Below are positions 27,872 to 39,345 of a stretch of 64,000 nucleotides of DNA, piece after piece (within the stretch, counting starts at the first letter, position 1; each line of letters starts with the position of its first letter). Below the pieces are notes generated by a model. The model had not been told where the DNA came from, did not search any database, and worked only from the letters and a program-made list of their open reading frames with translations. The translations under genes and the position numbers were made by a program. This DNA is from an uncultured Porphyromonadaceae bacterium (GTDB taxonomy: Bacteria > Bacteroidota > Bacteroidia > Bacteroidales > Muribaculaceae). Location of the stretch: positions 66,020-130,019 of the forward strand of contig CANRVB010000003.1 of the NCBI GenBank assembly GCA_947643165.1. The letters run 5' to 3'.

Positions 27872-30800
27872 TTACTTCTTCTGGGCATCAATATCCTTGA
27901 GCAGAGTCTCGACTGCAACACGCAGCTGCGCGTCTTCTCCCTCAACCGATTTGACCGGATCGAGAGCTACCTTGATATCAGGCTCAAGCTGAGTATTCTC
28001 AAGATAATTGCCTTCTGCCGTCTTGAAACCGATCACAGGCACTCCGAATATCAGGGTAGGATCCTGAAGTGTGATCCAGTTAACACTCGACATTGTTCCG
28101 GGGACAGGCATACCGACAAGCTTACCGAGTTTCTTATGCTTGTACACCCATGGCGTACCGTGAGCATTCGAATAGTTTGCTTCGCCGATTATCATGATGC
28201 TCGGACGGTTCCAACGACGTGAAGGCATCTCTGAGCTTGTGCGTCCGTGAACCTCCTGTGTCAGATACTTGTCACCGCTGAACAGCACCTCGATATCCTC
28301 ATGCAGACGACCGCCGCCATTCCATCGTGTGTCGATCACTATACCCTCCTTGCCGACATACTCGCCAAGAAGTTTTGAATAGATATTGCGGAAGGAATCA
28401 TCGCTCATCGACTGCAGATGCACATAACCCAGGCGTCCACCCGACATGCGCTCCACGTCGGCTTCGCGGGCCTTGACCCAACGGTCATACATCAGGCTGT
28501 TCATACGTCCCTGGCTGATAGGCTCAACCACCTCCTCAAGCTTGCGGCCATCGGGAGTCGTAAACGACACAAGCGTCTTGTTGCCGTCAACGTTGTTGAG
28601 CAGCTCCATAGGATCGGATGACGCATCTATAGCTTTGCCATTGATCGAAGTGATAACCGATCCAGGCTCTATAGATGTAGTGGCACGGTCAAACGGACCA
28701 CCCTTCACTATCTCATCTACCTTCAGGCCATTGCCTGTATAAGCCATATCATAGAGCAGACCGAGCGAAGCTGTGCTTTCCTTGGCACGGCGTCCGCCAT
28801 AGCGGCCTCCGGAGTGCGACACATTGAGTTCGCCGAGCACCTCCGACATAAGCTGCGCGAAGTCATAGTTGTTGTTGATATGGGGCAGGAACTTAGCATA
28901 ATCCTTAGTATATCCGTCCCAATCAACACCATTCATATCGGCCACATAGAAACGCTCTCGAGCCTCACGCTTCATGTAGTCATACATATAGCGGCGTTCC
29001 TTTGCGGGATCAATCTCAAGCCGTGCGGAAGTGCTTACATTTGTTATCTTGTCAGATCCCGGTTCGAGTTTGCGCACACTTCTGCCAAGCATGAATATCG
29101 GATCGGCATCGGGCAGAGTCTGGAGCGAATATCCGCCTCCCGACAGCTTCTTCGACATCGATACGTCGCCCTTGCGCAGATCCTTCTTCCAAAGATCGTA
29201 ACTGCCCTCTGTGGCAAGCAGGAAATACAGGGTCTTGCCGTCGCGGGTTATAGCGGCATCAGCTATGTCGCCAGATGCAGGTGTGAGACGCATCACACGG
29301 TCACGTATGCCATCGGCCTCCACTACTATATCCTTGCTCTCCTTGTCGGCTTCTTTCTTATCTTCCTTCTTGTCCTTAGCCTTGGAGTCCTTGTTCTTCT
29401 CGGCGTCAGCCTTAGCCTTCTGTGCCTTCTGTGTCTTTTCAAGATCCTTGAGAAGCTCATAGTCCTCTTCGCTCAGACGGAACCTGTCGTAGGCATCGCG
29501 GTTCAGGAAACTGATCATCACATCATACTGCGATCCCCACGATGCATGATTGCGCATGCCGTATCTTTCCGACAGGAATATCACCGCATTGCCATCGAGT
29601 GCCCAGTGTGGTTCCTGATCAAAATAGCCCGAAGCCGTAAGCTTGATCAGCTCGCCTGTAGAGGCATTGATTATAGCTATGTCAGAGTACGGCTCATGGC
29701 GATAGTCCTGATACTCTATGAGCAGCCACTTGCTGTCGGGCGACCACTGCGAGTTGAATCCATGTGTACGATAGGTCTGAGTATTTCCGTTTGTCAGCTG
29801 CTTCACCTTCTTGGAGTCAAGATCCATCACCATCAGATTGTTGCGGTCCTCGACAAACGCGAGTTTCTTGCCATCGGGCGACAGCGACGGATTTGTACGC
29901 TCATGCTTGTTATCGCCAAACACGGCCACTTCATCCACTACCGTAGCATTCGCAAAATTGGGATCCTCATCACGCGCTATACGGGCTCGGAATATATTGA
30001 ATTTGCCATCCCGCTCCGACACGTAATACAGCTCCCGGCCATCCTTACCCCATATCAGGTCGCACTCGCCCTCCGGAGTATGTGTGATCTGCTTTGTAGT
30101 GCCGTGAGCAACAGAGGTTACAAACACTTCGCCTCGCGAAATAAACGCCAGCATCTTGCCATCGGGCGACGCCACGGCATCGCTCGGCGAATTTACCGAA
30201 GTGATCACTGTGCCTTCCTCATCATCAGTCACAAGATCTATGGCAACCTTCTGCGGAGTCTTCGATCCAGGTTTCATGGTATAGATCTCACCATCATAGG
30301 CGAATGCGAGCGAACCATCGGAGCCGGCCGAAAGGAAGCGTACCGGATGACGCTTGAACGCTGTTTCCTGCTTTACAGCCGACGGATTATCTATCGGGAA
30401 TGAGTAAACATTCATCGAGCCGCCATCGCGCTCGCTGAGCATATATACCGTTTTTCCGTCCGATCCGATCACGGCGTTGCGGTCCTGACCGGCACGGTTT
30501 GTGAGATTAGTGAACTTATTGCCTTTCGGATTATACAGCCAGATGTCGCTTGTCACCGATGATGTGTGATGCTTGCGCCATCTGTCCTCCGAGCCCTTTA
30601 TATCCTCATACAGGAACGAGCCATCATCGCCAACAAACGATACATAGTCGGCGGCTACTGCCGATATCTGCTCCGGACGACCACCGGCCACCGGCACGCG
30701 GTATAATTCCGGCTGACGTGCCGACGGAAACGCAACACTCTTGCTTGGATCCTGGATAGATGCGCTGTAGATGACATATTTTCCATCCGGGCTGAACGAC

Positions 30801-31141
30801 TGGGGTGTCTCCGCGGCCGAGTTGGTTGTGAGGCGTGTTGCCTGGCCGCCATCCGATGACATGATATAAATATCCTGCCCACCCTCGCGGTCGCTCGCAA
30901 AAGCTATCTTCTTACCATCGGGCGACCATATTGGACGGCTCTCATACGACGACATGGAGGTGAGACGCTGTGCCTTGCCTCCGTTCACTCCAACCTTGTA
31001 TATATCACCCTTGTAGGTGAACGCTATCTCTTTGCCGTCGGGCGACATCTTGACATCGCGAAGCCATAAGGGCGTTACTGCCGATGCACCCAGCGATATA
31101 GCTGCCATTGCAGCCATTGCCGATAATTTTTTCTTATTCAT
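27872..31141 (-). CDS. Tricorn-like S41 peptidase
   Basis: Signal peptide, PD40-like SPDG repeats, GELNVSH, PDZ-like region, DTRWNGGG, NYSNAH. Confidence 0.93.
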   Translation of the reverse strand: MNKKKLSAMAAMAAISLGASAVTPLWLRDVKMSPDGKEIAFTYKGDIYKVGVNGGKAQRLTSMSSYESRPIWSPDGKKIAFASDREGGQDIYIMSSDGGQATRLTTNSAAETPQSFSPDGKYVIYSASIQDPSKSVAFPSARQPELYRVPVAGGRPEQISAVAADYVSFVGDDGSFLYEDIKGSEDRWRKHHTSSVTSDIWLYNPKGNKFTNLTNRAGQDRNAVIGSDGKTVYMLSERDGGSMNVYSFPIDNPSAVKQETAFKRHPVRFLSAGSDGSLAFAYDGEIYTMKPGSKTPQKVAIDLVTDDEEGTVITSVNSPSDAVASPDGKMLAFISRGEVFVTSVAHGTTKQITHTPEGECDLIWGKDGRELYYVSERDGKFNIFRARIARDEDPNFANATVVDEVAVFGDNKHERTNPSLSPDGKKLAFVEDRNNLMVMDLDSKKVKQLTNGNTQTYRTHGFNSQWSPDSKWLLIEYQDYRHEPYSDIAIINASTGELIKLTASGYFDQEPHWALDGNAVIFLSERYGMRNHASWGSQYDVMISFLNRDAYDRFRLSEEDYELLKDLEKTQKAQKAKADAEKNKDSKAKDKKEDKKEADKESKDIVVEADGIRDRVMRLTPASGDIADAAITRDGKTLYFLLATEGSYDLWKKDLRKGDVSMSKKLSGGGYSLQTLPDADPIFMLGRSVRKLEPGSDKITNVSTSARLEIDPAKERRYMYDYMKREARERFYVADMNGVDWDGYTKDYAKFLPHINNNYDFAQLMSEVLGELNVSHSGGRYGGRRAKESTASLGLLYDMAYTGNGLKVDEIVKGGPFDRATTSIEPGSVITSINGKAIDASSDPMELLNNVDGNKTLVSFTTPDGRKLEEVVEPISQGRMNSLMYDRWVKAREADVERMSGGRLGYVHLQSMSDDSFRNIYSKLLGEYVGKEGIVIDTRWNGGGRLHEDIEVLFSGDKYLTQEVHGRTSSEMPSRRWNRPSIMIIGEANYSNAHGTPWVYKHKKLGKLVGMPVPGTMSSVNWITLQDPTLIFGVPVIGFKTAEGNYLENTQLEPDIKVALDPVKSVEGEDAQLRVAVETLLKDIDAQKK

Positions 31142-31250
31142 TGCAGAAAATGTGTTTTTGCTAACAAATTTAGTGAATTTTCATGAACCTTGCAACCGAC
31201 CTGTCATACGACCGCCCTTCATGGCTCTACATTGCCGCTTAAACAAAATA

Positions 31251-31295
31251 AAAAAAGCAGGAAAGTCGCCAGCAAATGGCTTCCTTCCTGCTTTT
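31251..31295 (-). terminator. Terminator after glgP
   Basis: AAAAGCAGGAA..TTCCTGCTTTT stem with a T-run on the minus strand. Confidence 0.6.
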
Positions 31296-31318
31296 GCAGT
31301 CTTATATTTACCCGGCTA

Positions 31319-33877
31319 TCAGATCCAACGCGTATAAGCGAAGTCCTGACGGTGGGGCAGATTCGGGTTGATCGGGTATACGCGGTAACCATAACGGAAC
31401 ACTCCGGCATCCACAAGCTTGTCGTGGATATGATAGGTCACGATATTACCCTCTTCCTTCTCGACAGAGAAGGGGAACTTGCCATAGAGATGCTCTACGC
31501 CGTCCTCTACACGGTAGCATACGAGCTCTACTCCAAGATCGTGCGCCAGTCCATTGGTATCGAGAGTGATAGTCACATCATACTTGTCGCCGGTGCTGCC
31601 GTTGGCGGCTATCGAATCCTCAGTTACCGAGATAACCTTGATGCCATCCCATGCTGCGGCAACTTTCTCCTTCCAGGCCACGATTTCGCGGGCGAGGGCA
31701 TAATTGTCGGCGGCAAGAGCGCGGAAACGCTTGTCTTCCGGATCATAGAAACGGGCTATGTAGTCATCGATCATGCGCTTCATGGTGAAGTGAGGAGCGA
31801 TATGGCCGATAGAGCGCTTGATATACTGAATCCACTCGGGAGAATAACCCTTCGAGTTCTTTGCGAAGTAGAGAGGGATAATCTCGTTCTCGAGCATCGA
31901 GTATATTGTGGCGGCGTCAAGCTTGTCCTGCTGGCTCTGGTCGGTGAATGTACGCTTGTCGGTAAGAGCCCAGCCGGCCTTCTCGTCAAACTTGTAGCCT
32001 TCATACCACCAGCCGTCGAGCACGCTGAAATTGAGCACGCCGTTCATCTCGGCCTTCTCGCCCGATGTACCCGAAGCCTCGAGAGGACGGGTAGGTGTGT
32101 TCAGCCAGATGTCGACACCGGTAACGAGACGCTTCGCAACTACCATATTGTAGTCCTCAAGGAAGATAATCTTGCCCAGGAACTGCGGCATGCGCGAAAT
32201 CTCGATGATGCGCTTTATCAGACCCTGACCTGCGCCATCGGCCGGATGAGCCTTGCCCGAGAATACAAACTGAACAGGGAACTGCTCGTTGTTTACGATC
32301 TTGGCCAGACGGTCAAGGTCGGTAAAGAGCAGGTGTGCGCGCTTGTATGTCGCAAAACGGCGGGCAAAACCTATGATGAGGGCATTGGGATTGATCTTGT
32401 CCACAATCTTCATCACTGCCGACGGATCACCCTGGTTGGCGAGCCACTTGGCCTTGAAGTCACGCTTCACAAAGTTGATAAACTTGTTCTTCAGACGTGT
32501 GCGGAGATCCCAGATAGCGTCATCGCTCACATTGAAGATGCCTTCCCATGCCTTGGGGTCGTCCTGATGGGTGAAGACATTCTCGCCGAGATTCTTCATA
32601 TAGAATTCCTTCCACTCGCTGGCGGCCCAGGTAGGCATGTGGACACCGTTGGTCACATATCCGACATGGCTTTCCTCCCAGCTGTAGCCCTTCCATATTC
32701 CGGCAAACATCTTCTTCGACACCTCACCGTGGAGCCAGCTTACGCCGTTGGCTTCCTGACACGTATTGAGTGCAAACACGCTCATCGAGAAACGCTCGCC
32801 TGTGTCGGGATTCTCGCGGCCCATGTTCATGAGATCCTGCCAGCTTATACCGAGCTTGGCGGGGAATTCGCCCATATACTTTCCGAAAAGGCCTTCGTCA
32901 AAGTAGTCGTGACCGGCGGGTACGGGAGTGTGTACGGTATACAGACCCGATGCGCGTACCAGCTCGAGAGCTGTATTGAAGTCAAGATGCTTCTCCTGAA
33001 CGTATTCTACCAGACGCTGAAGATTGAGAAGAGCGGCATGACCCTCGTTACAGTGATACAGTTCGGCCTTCACACCAAGTTTGCGGAGCATTATCACGCC
33101 ACCGATACCGAGCAGATACTCCTGCTTCAGACGGTTTTCCCAGTCGCCGCCATAAAGACGCTGGGTGATCCAACGGTCAAACTCGCTGTTCATGTCGAAG
33201 TCGGTATCCATGAGATACAGACACATACGGCCCACGTTTACGCGCCATACATGGCTGTAGACTATACGGTCGGGGAACGGAACCTCCAGGATCATCGGTG
33301 AGCCGTCGGCATCACATACCTGCTCTATGGGGAGCTGGTTGAAATTCTGGCTCTCATAGTTGGCCATCTGCTGACCATCTACCGAGAGGGTCTGGGTGAA
33401 ATAACCATATCTGTAGAGGAAACCTACAGCTGTCATGTCTACACAGCTGTCCGAAGCCTCCTTGATATAGTCGCCGGCAAGCACACCGAGGCCGCCGGAA
33501 TATATCTTGAGACAGTTGCACAGTCCATACTCCATCGAGAAGTAGGCAACAGAAGGAACATCCTTGCGCATGGGCTTGGCCATGTACTCCTGGAAGTCGG
33601 CATACGTGCGTTCAAGACGCTTCATCAGATCGGCGTCGTTGCCGATTTCCTGAAGACGCTCTGCACTGAGACGCTGGAGCAGCATAACAGGATTCTCACC
33701 TGTCGAGCGCCAGAGGTCGGGATTAAGGTCGCGGAAAAGATTTTTTGCTTCGCTGTTCCATACCCACCAGAGATTCTTGGCAAGTGTTGCAAGAGGAGCG
33801 AGTTTCAGCGGCAGCTCGGCAGTGACTGTAGCGTCGCGCCACACCGGCTGATTAGTGTTGCTTACCTGTATTTTCAT
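31319..33877 (-). CDS. glgP: Alpha-glucan phosphorylase
   Basis: [35 protein letters not shown]. Confidence 0.96.
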   Translation of the reverse strand: MKIQVSNTNQPVWRDATVTAELPLKLAPLATLAKNLWWVWNSEAKNLFRDLNPDLWRSTGENPVMLLQRLSAERLQEIGNDADLMKRLERTYADFQEYMAKPMRKDVPSVAYFSMEYGLCNCLKIYSGGLGVLAGDYIKEASDSCVDMTAVGFLYRYGYFTQTLSVDGQQMANYESQNFNQLPIEQVCDADGSPMILEVPFPDRIVYSHVWRVNVGRMCLYLMDTDFDMNSEFDRWITQRLYGGDWENRLKQEYLLGIGGVIMLRKLGVKAELYHCNEGHAALLNLQRLVEYVQEKHLDFNTALELVRASGLYTVHTPVPAGHDYFDEGLFGKYMGEFPAKLGISWQDLMNMGRENPDTGERFSMSVFALNTCQEANGVSWLHGEVSKKMFAGIWKGYSWEESHVGYVTNGVHMPTWAASEWKEFYMKNLGENVFTHQDDPKAWEGIFNVSDDAIWDLRTRLKNKFINFVKRDFKAKWLANQGDPSAVMKIVDKINPNALIIGFARRFATYKRAHLLFTDLDRLAKIVNNEQFPVQFVFSGKAHPADGAGQGLIKRIIEISRMPQFLGKIIFLEDYNMVVAKRLVTGVDIWLNTPTRPLEASGTSGEKAEMNGVLNFSVLDGWWYEGYKFDEKAGWALTDKRTFTDQSQQDKLDAATIYSMLENEIIPLYFAKNSKGYSPEWIQYIKRSIGHIAPHFTMKRMIDDYIARFYDPEDKRFRALAADNYALAREIVAWKEKVAAAWDGIKVISVTEDSIAANGSTGDKYDVTITLDTNGLAHDLGVELVCYRVEDGVEHLYGKFPFSVEKEEGNIVTYHIHDKLVDAGVFRYGYRVYPINPNLPHRQDFAYTRWI

Positions 33878-33922
33878 AAGCGTTTTTTGTTGTATATATT
33901 AACTTTTTAGATACAATCTTTA

Positions 33923-35578
33923 TCATGCCATGCGGTTGTCTCTGCTTTCAAGAGCAATCGCGAAGGCGTCTACATAATATGTGACGAAATATTGCCATGC
34001 GGCTCGCGCTGCCGTATCCATCGCTGCACGCGATATCAATGCACGCTGCTCGCTGTCGGCCTCGTTTAGAAAACGGAGCGAACGGGCTATATTGTCAACT
34101 ACTGCCGAATAATTTGAATCATTTCGACCGATCACGTTCACACCGCTGTCCTCAAACGAATCGTTGGCGGTGCGTATCACCCACTGTCCGAATCCCGACA
34201 GAGAGGTTGTCACTGTGGGCACTCCGAATGCCACACTTTCAAGTGGGGTATATCCCCAGGGTTCATAGTACGACGGAAACATTGTCGCATCAAATCCTAT
34301 CAGCAAATCATAGTACGACTTGCCGAATATTCCGTCATTACCGTCAAGATAGCAAGGAACATAGATCACCGACACCTTGTCCGATGGTCTGTTCTCAAAT
34401 CCAAGTGCGTGTATGCGGCAGTTTATAGCATCCTCATAGGGATTGTTTATCCAATGGCTCAATACCGGATCAGGCAGTCCATGCTGCTTTCCTTCGTCAA
34501 GCGCCTCCCTCAGATCGGCTCTCGGCTCCTTCACCCACGCCGGGACAAGCACAAACGCTATCACTCTACGTTCAAGCGGTAGCGAGCGCAGCTTATCTGC
34601 CACATCAAGAAATATATCAAGGCCCTTGTTGCGATATTCGCAGCGTCCGGCTGTCGCAAGCAGGAATGGATCATCCTCCTTCGCCGGTGCGCCGCACAGA
34701 GCGGATGCCACTTCGAGCAACTGGCGGCGGGCTTTCTCCCGCGCTGCGCCAAACTTGCTCTTCACCGGCACAAAACCTGCCTCAAAGCCATTGGGCGTGA
34801 CCACATCCGGCTTGCGCTCGAGCAGCTGCTCGCACTCTACAGCCGTGATATCGCTCACCGTAGTGAAGCAATCGGCCTGATGCGCCGCCGTTTTCTCAAG
34901 CGAGTGCTTCGACTCCATGTTGAGCTCGCGGGCCATCTGGTCACCGTTATAATTCTTAAGCTGGTCGTAGAGAGGCTTGCCGTTTCCGCAGATGCTTCTG
35001 CCTATACACGTGGCATGGGTAGTGAATATGGTAGCTACTTCCGGACATGCAGCCTTAGTATAGAGCAGCCCCATTCCAGTAGTCCATTCATCGAAGTGAG
35101 CTATGATATCGCCACCCTTCTTTCCATAGAAATTCACGAGGCTTTCCACTACCATGCCGGCGGCATGGCTGAAGGCGCACGCCTCGTCATAATCGCCATA
35201 CGCATGCAGCGAGTCAACCCCATAGAGATCCCACATACGCCCGTAAAACTGATCTTTGACGGCATACATACCCTCAAATTTCACCAGTATGGCGATGGGC
35301 TTCCCTGGCACATTCCAGCGGCCTACACGGACCGAAACGCCCTCGGGGAGAGAGAGCTGCTTGAGCCACGGCTTCAGAAGCGATGCTACTGGAGTGAAGT
35401 ATGGCGAAGGAGTCTCCTCTGTCCACACATCGGGTCCGATAAAGATCAGCTTGTCGCCATACATATCGTGGAGAGTCTTCGCTTTTGTCGAAAGCACCGT
35501 ATAGATACCCCCTACCTTGTTGCACACCTCCCAGCTCGTTTCTATAAGCATGCCGACTTTTACCGTTTTATGGTCCAT
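33923..35578 (-). CDS. Glycogen synthase (GT3, eukaryote-like)
   Basis: SWEVCNKVGGIYTV, PSYYEPWGYTPLE; start reset to MDHKTV. Confidence 0.92.
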   Translation of the reverse strand: MDHKTVKVGMLIETSWEVCNKVGGIYTVLSTKAKTLHDMYGDKLIFIGPDVWTEETPSPYFTPVASLLKPWLKQLSLPEGVSVRVGRWNVPGKPIAILVKFEGMYAVKDQFYGRMWDLYGVDSLHAYGDYDEACAFSHAAGMVVESLVNFYGKKGGDIIAHFDEWTTGMGLLYTKAACPEVATIFTTHATCIGRSICGNGKPLYDQLKNYNGDQMARELNMESKHSLEKTAAHQADCFTTVSDITAVECEQLLERKPDVVTPNGFEAGFVPVKSKFGAAREKARRQLLEVASALCGAPAKEDDPFLLATAGRCEYRNKGLDIFLDVADKLRSLPLERRVIAFVLVPAWVKEPRADLREALDEGKQHGLPDPVLSHWINNPYEDAINCRIHALGFENRPSDKVSVIYVPCYLDGNDGIFGKSYYDLLIGFDATMFPSYYEPWGYTPLESVAFGVPTVTTSLSGFGQWVIRTANDSFEDSGVNVIGRNDSNYSAVVDNIARSLRFLNEADSEQRALISRAAMDTAARAAWQYFVTYYVDAFAIALESRDNRMA

Positions 35579-35920
35579 AATTATAAGAATGTCAATACGA
35601 TAGCGGGTGAGATCACCCTTATACTGTAATTCGGCTGCAAAGTTACTAAAAAAATCCCGTATATCCACGCTCCGAAGCCCCTAAAATCGCAAAATTCAGG
35701 CATTAACACCCTCCGTAAGCCCCTCCCCGGCGCTCCTCGATCTCCATCGGCACACCCCTGACACTCCGGTTTCATAAAAACACCGGCATTATTGCCACTG
35801 CCGGCATATCCGCCCTCCTGACGCCCGGCCGCTACCACCTATTTTCCATTTCCGGGGCGCCCCATTGATTACCGGGCCGCTGTAACAGCAGATCTCCCCA
35901 ACAAATATCCAGCCCAACAT

Positions 35921-35952
35921 GTTGCCAATATAGGAAACTTTCATTAACTTTG
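35921..35952 (+). promoter_or_regulatory. Promoter with candidate XRE operator
   Basis: Imperfect palindrome GTTGCCAATATAGGAAAC (35921-35938) immediately before TAACTTTG (35945-35952). Confidence 0.5.
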
Positions 35953-35975
35953 CCTCCTACTGTAAGAATATAGCC

Positions 35976-36404
35976 ATGACTGACAGATTTGATGAAATAG
36001 GCACTCTTTTCCTCCGACGTCGGAAAGAACTTGGTCTCACCCAGCAACAGTTGGGCGAGAAAGTCGGTGTGACCAAATCGGAGATTTCAAAGATCGAGAA
36101 CGGCAGAGGCATCACATTCTCTACCATCAACAGATTGTCCGAAGCATTAGGCGTATCTGCACAAGTAGTGTTGAAACCTGCCGGTACTGTTTCTCCCGAT
36201 ATGATTCATTATATAGTGATGAGCCTTGGCATGTTCGCCCGCAGATACAACCTGACTAAAAAAGAGGCTTGCAATTATCTGGCACGGTTCAAAGGTCTTG
36301 ATTTTTCAATTCGCAACTATGAAGCCGAACATCAGCTCTCGCTTCATGAATGCGTCGACGATATGGCCGCGGTCTGCCGGAGAAATGGAGGTGCGGTGTC
36401 ATGA
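35976..36404 (+). CDS. XRE HTH regulator fused to a DUF3791-like domain
   Basis: LTQQQLGEKVGVTKSEISKIENG HTH; C-terminal FARRYNLTKKEACNYL..NYEAEH. Confidence 0.82.
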   Translation: MTDRFDEIGTLFLRRRKELGLTQQQLGEKVGVTKSEISKIENGRGITFSTINRLSEALGVSAQVVLKPAGTVSPDMIHYIVMSLGMFARRYNLTKKEACNYLARFKGLDFSIRNYEAEHQLSLHECVDDMAAVCRRNGGAVS

Positions 36405-36874
36405 TTCTCTACCACGGCTCAAATCAGCCCATACTCGACATCGACCTCTCGCAAGGCAAGAAATTCAAGGATTTCGGCCGAGGCTTCTACACCACCCATA
36501 TCAGGGAGCAGGCCGTATTTTGGTCCCGTAGGATTGCCGACCGTTTCGGAGGCACTCCTACAGTTACAGATTTTGAGTTTGATCTCGATGCAGCCATTGC
36601 CGCCGGATTAAACGTCAGGATATTTGAGAATCCCGACAAAGAGTGGGCCTTGTTTGTCATGGCAAACCGCAAGCAGGACGCCGACATATTCCACCACGAC
36701 TACGACATCGTCATAGGCCCGGTAGCCGATGACAATATGGCACGTCTTTTCGGACTCTACGATATGAAAATCATCGACCTTGATGCCGTCGTCGCCGGAC
36801 TGATCTACAAAGACCTCAATTCACAGTATTTCTTCGCCACCGAAGAATCCCTCAAATTCATCAGACGGATATGA
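36401..36874 (+). CDS. DUF3990 family protein (ADP-ribosyltransferase-like)
   Basis: MILYHGS..KDFGRGFYTT..EWALFV..NR..YDIVIGPVADD..QYFF; ATGA overlap with the upstream gene. Confidence 0.85.
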   Translation: MILYHGSNQPILDIDLSQGKKFKDFGRGFYTTHIREQAVFWSRRIADRFGGTPTVTDFEFDLDAAIAAGLNVRIFENPDKEWALFVMANRKQDADIFHHDYDIVIGPVADDNMARLFGLYDMKIIDLDAVVAGLIYKDLNSQYFFATEESLKFIRRI

Positions 36875-37116
36875 CCCAACCTGCCGACAACAACTTTGAC
36901 TTCCTCGTTGAATACATCACCGCCCGGGTGGTCGAATGGATTATGCGCGACCACCACCTTGGCCTTGAAGAAGCCTTGCTTTTGTTTCACAATTCCGAGA
37001 CCTTCGACAAACTCTGCCAAAAGCACACCGGCCTCTATATCGAGAGCCCGGCATACATCTACGAAGTGCTGACCGAAGAATTCCGCCGGGGCACCCTGCG
37101 TGGCATAACCGAATAG
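36871..37116 (+). CDS. Small DUF3791-like protein
   Basis: EEALLLFHNSETFDKL....TGLYIESPAYIYE; ATGA overlap with the DUF3990 gene. Confidence 0.75.
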   Translation: MTQPADNNFDFLVEYITARVVEWIMRDHHLGLEEALLLFHNSETFDKLCQKHTGLYIESPAYIYEVLTEEFRRGTLRGITE

Positions 37117-37276
37117 GACTGATCCGGAGAAACAGCGCCAGGACACACACCGCATCATCGGCATCTCAGCCAGTGCGTCAGGCGCACATCCTTGCCATAC
37201 CATTTCATTATGGTGGCAAGACACGCAGCCCCGCATTGCATCGAGTCATGTTGACGAACCACTTTCAGACATCTTT

Positions 37277-39345
37277 TCATCTCACAGTCGTTACTGTCAC
37301 ATCATCTACATACATGAAGCTCCGCCCTACCTTCTTGCCGAAGTTAAATGTATACTTCAGCGACAGGTCTATCCTCCGGCCACCCGTAGCGCTCCATCTG
37401 TCTTCAGTCATGTTCACGTGGCGTCCATCCATATAGCCGCTTTGATGATCCCGCTTGTATAGCGGCATCACAGCGACCGATGCCGAGAAGTCTCCCGACG
37501 AATATGATGCCCCGACCTTCACGAACGCACTGTGAAACTTCGCATATCCGCCCTGCGATTTCCTATAGGTCTTGCCGGGTGGCGACATTATATACATATT
37601 CAGCGACCATTTGCTGTTCAGTATATACCCTCCCATCAGCGATCCATATATATTGTTTATATTAAATGGATACATTCCCGTATGATGCATATGCAGCAGG
37701 CTCACCCCCGGCATCAGGCCAAGTTTACCCGACAGCATCTTGAGCGTAAGGTTCACCCCACCCTCTACTTGGTTCAGATTGCCGCTGTTCACATACTGGT
37801 TGTATATCACCCCGTCCCTATACTCATAACCTATCACTATAGCGTTGTGCCTGTATTCCCAGTTTCCCGAAAAACTCAGCTGCACATTGTTGCTTGGAAG
37901 CCACATATACCATACCGAGCTGTTATTATCGTCCCTGGCTTCAGGTCCATATTTCCTGCCGTACCCTCCCCCGGCCTATCCACTCGGTCGAGCGTGTTAT
38001 ACGATGACAGAAACCGCCCCTGCACCCATGCCCGCGACATTATCGACAGGCTGTGCGAGTTGCCTACCCTGCCGTCCACCGATATCGAGTAATCGGCATT
38101 CACGTCGGTCGTCCGCTTGCCGCCGTTCACAGTTATTGCCGATACCGGCACACTCACGTCTACCCTTGCCGACCACGTGTCCGACAGCGTGTAGTTCCAC
38201 CTCACTCCGGCGCTGTAGTCTTCGCTTGTCAGACGCTCGTCCGAGTTCACGCTGCCTCTGTAATCCGCCCTCACGAAGTTGGCCGACCCGCTCAGGCTTG
38301 CCGACAGCTCGCTCCTGCTCCCTATCGGCAGCATGTAGCTCGCGCTCACCCTTGGCGACACCGCCTTCTCGTCCGTCCGGTTTTCTATCCTTCCGGCCTC
38401 CGACTCATAGTCGCTCCATGTCTTCGCAAAAGTCATGCCTACGGTTGCGGACACACTCAGCGTCGACTTGTTCGCAAAGTTCACCAGCACCCTCGATCCC
38501 ACGTATGGCGAGTGATGGCTGTCCGATTGCCGGCTCTCATACCCCCACTTTCGCCCGTCGTAATCCGTCGATCCCTCCGAATCCATGTGCGGGTCGTCAA
38601 ATGAGCGGTTCCCGGCCCTCAGCACTATCTGATTGCCGTTTTTTGCGGTCCTCACAGCCTGTATGCCTGCATAATACTGCCGCTGCTTCCTGCTCGTCTC
38701 GTGCCATCGGCTGTTGTTGGTCACATCACGCCCGTCAGTCGTTGTCACCCGCAGCCGCCTCAATGTCGAGTCGCCGTCCGAGTTTTCATAATACGCTCCT
38801 GCCATAGCCAGATAGCTCCACTTCCCCTTGCTGTATTTGGCAAAGACCGATCCGTCACCCTTGTTATATATTATCGATGGTGAGAACGATGCCGACACAT
38901 ATCCGCCCGAATCCCGTTGACGGACCACAAAGTTCACCACTCCCGTCGACCCCTCGTAGCGTGGATCCATTGGCCGCCTCATCACCTCCACTCGCTTCAC
39001 CTCCTTTGGCAATATCTTGTCTACCTCCTCGCTCGTGGCGCTCACTCCGTTTATATAATATTTCACATCCTCACCTGTTTGCAGACTCACCGTGTTGGTT
39101 TGAGGATTATAATTAAGCATCGGCAGTTTCATTATCTCCAGCAGCGAATATCCCGATGTTGCCACCGACTTTTCCTGCGCCTCAGGTATCGCCGCTACCC
39201 CGTCCTTTATGAAATTCATCCTCTTGGCCGTCACCGCAACCTCCGCCAATTCCTTAAACTTGATGGCCGCGCTGTCGGCCACCTCCTGAGCATCGGCTAA
39301 AATACCGGCCAGTGCACCCATTATTATCAACCCGAGTCTTTTCAT
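37277..39345 (-). pseudogene. Outer-membrane beta-barrel (TonB-dependent-receptor-like) gene split by a frameshift
   Basis: ORF 37876..39345 (signal peptide, LAEVAVTA, YYING plug-like, GNMDLKP) continues in another frame as 37277..37906 (ends LSLKYTFNFGKK). Confidence 0.7.

Noticed and set aside
28814-33301. Long + strand ORFs of 529 and 703 aa
   Set aside because: Antisense shadows of tricorn and glgP, caused by codon bias; no recognisable domains.
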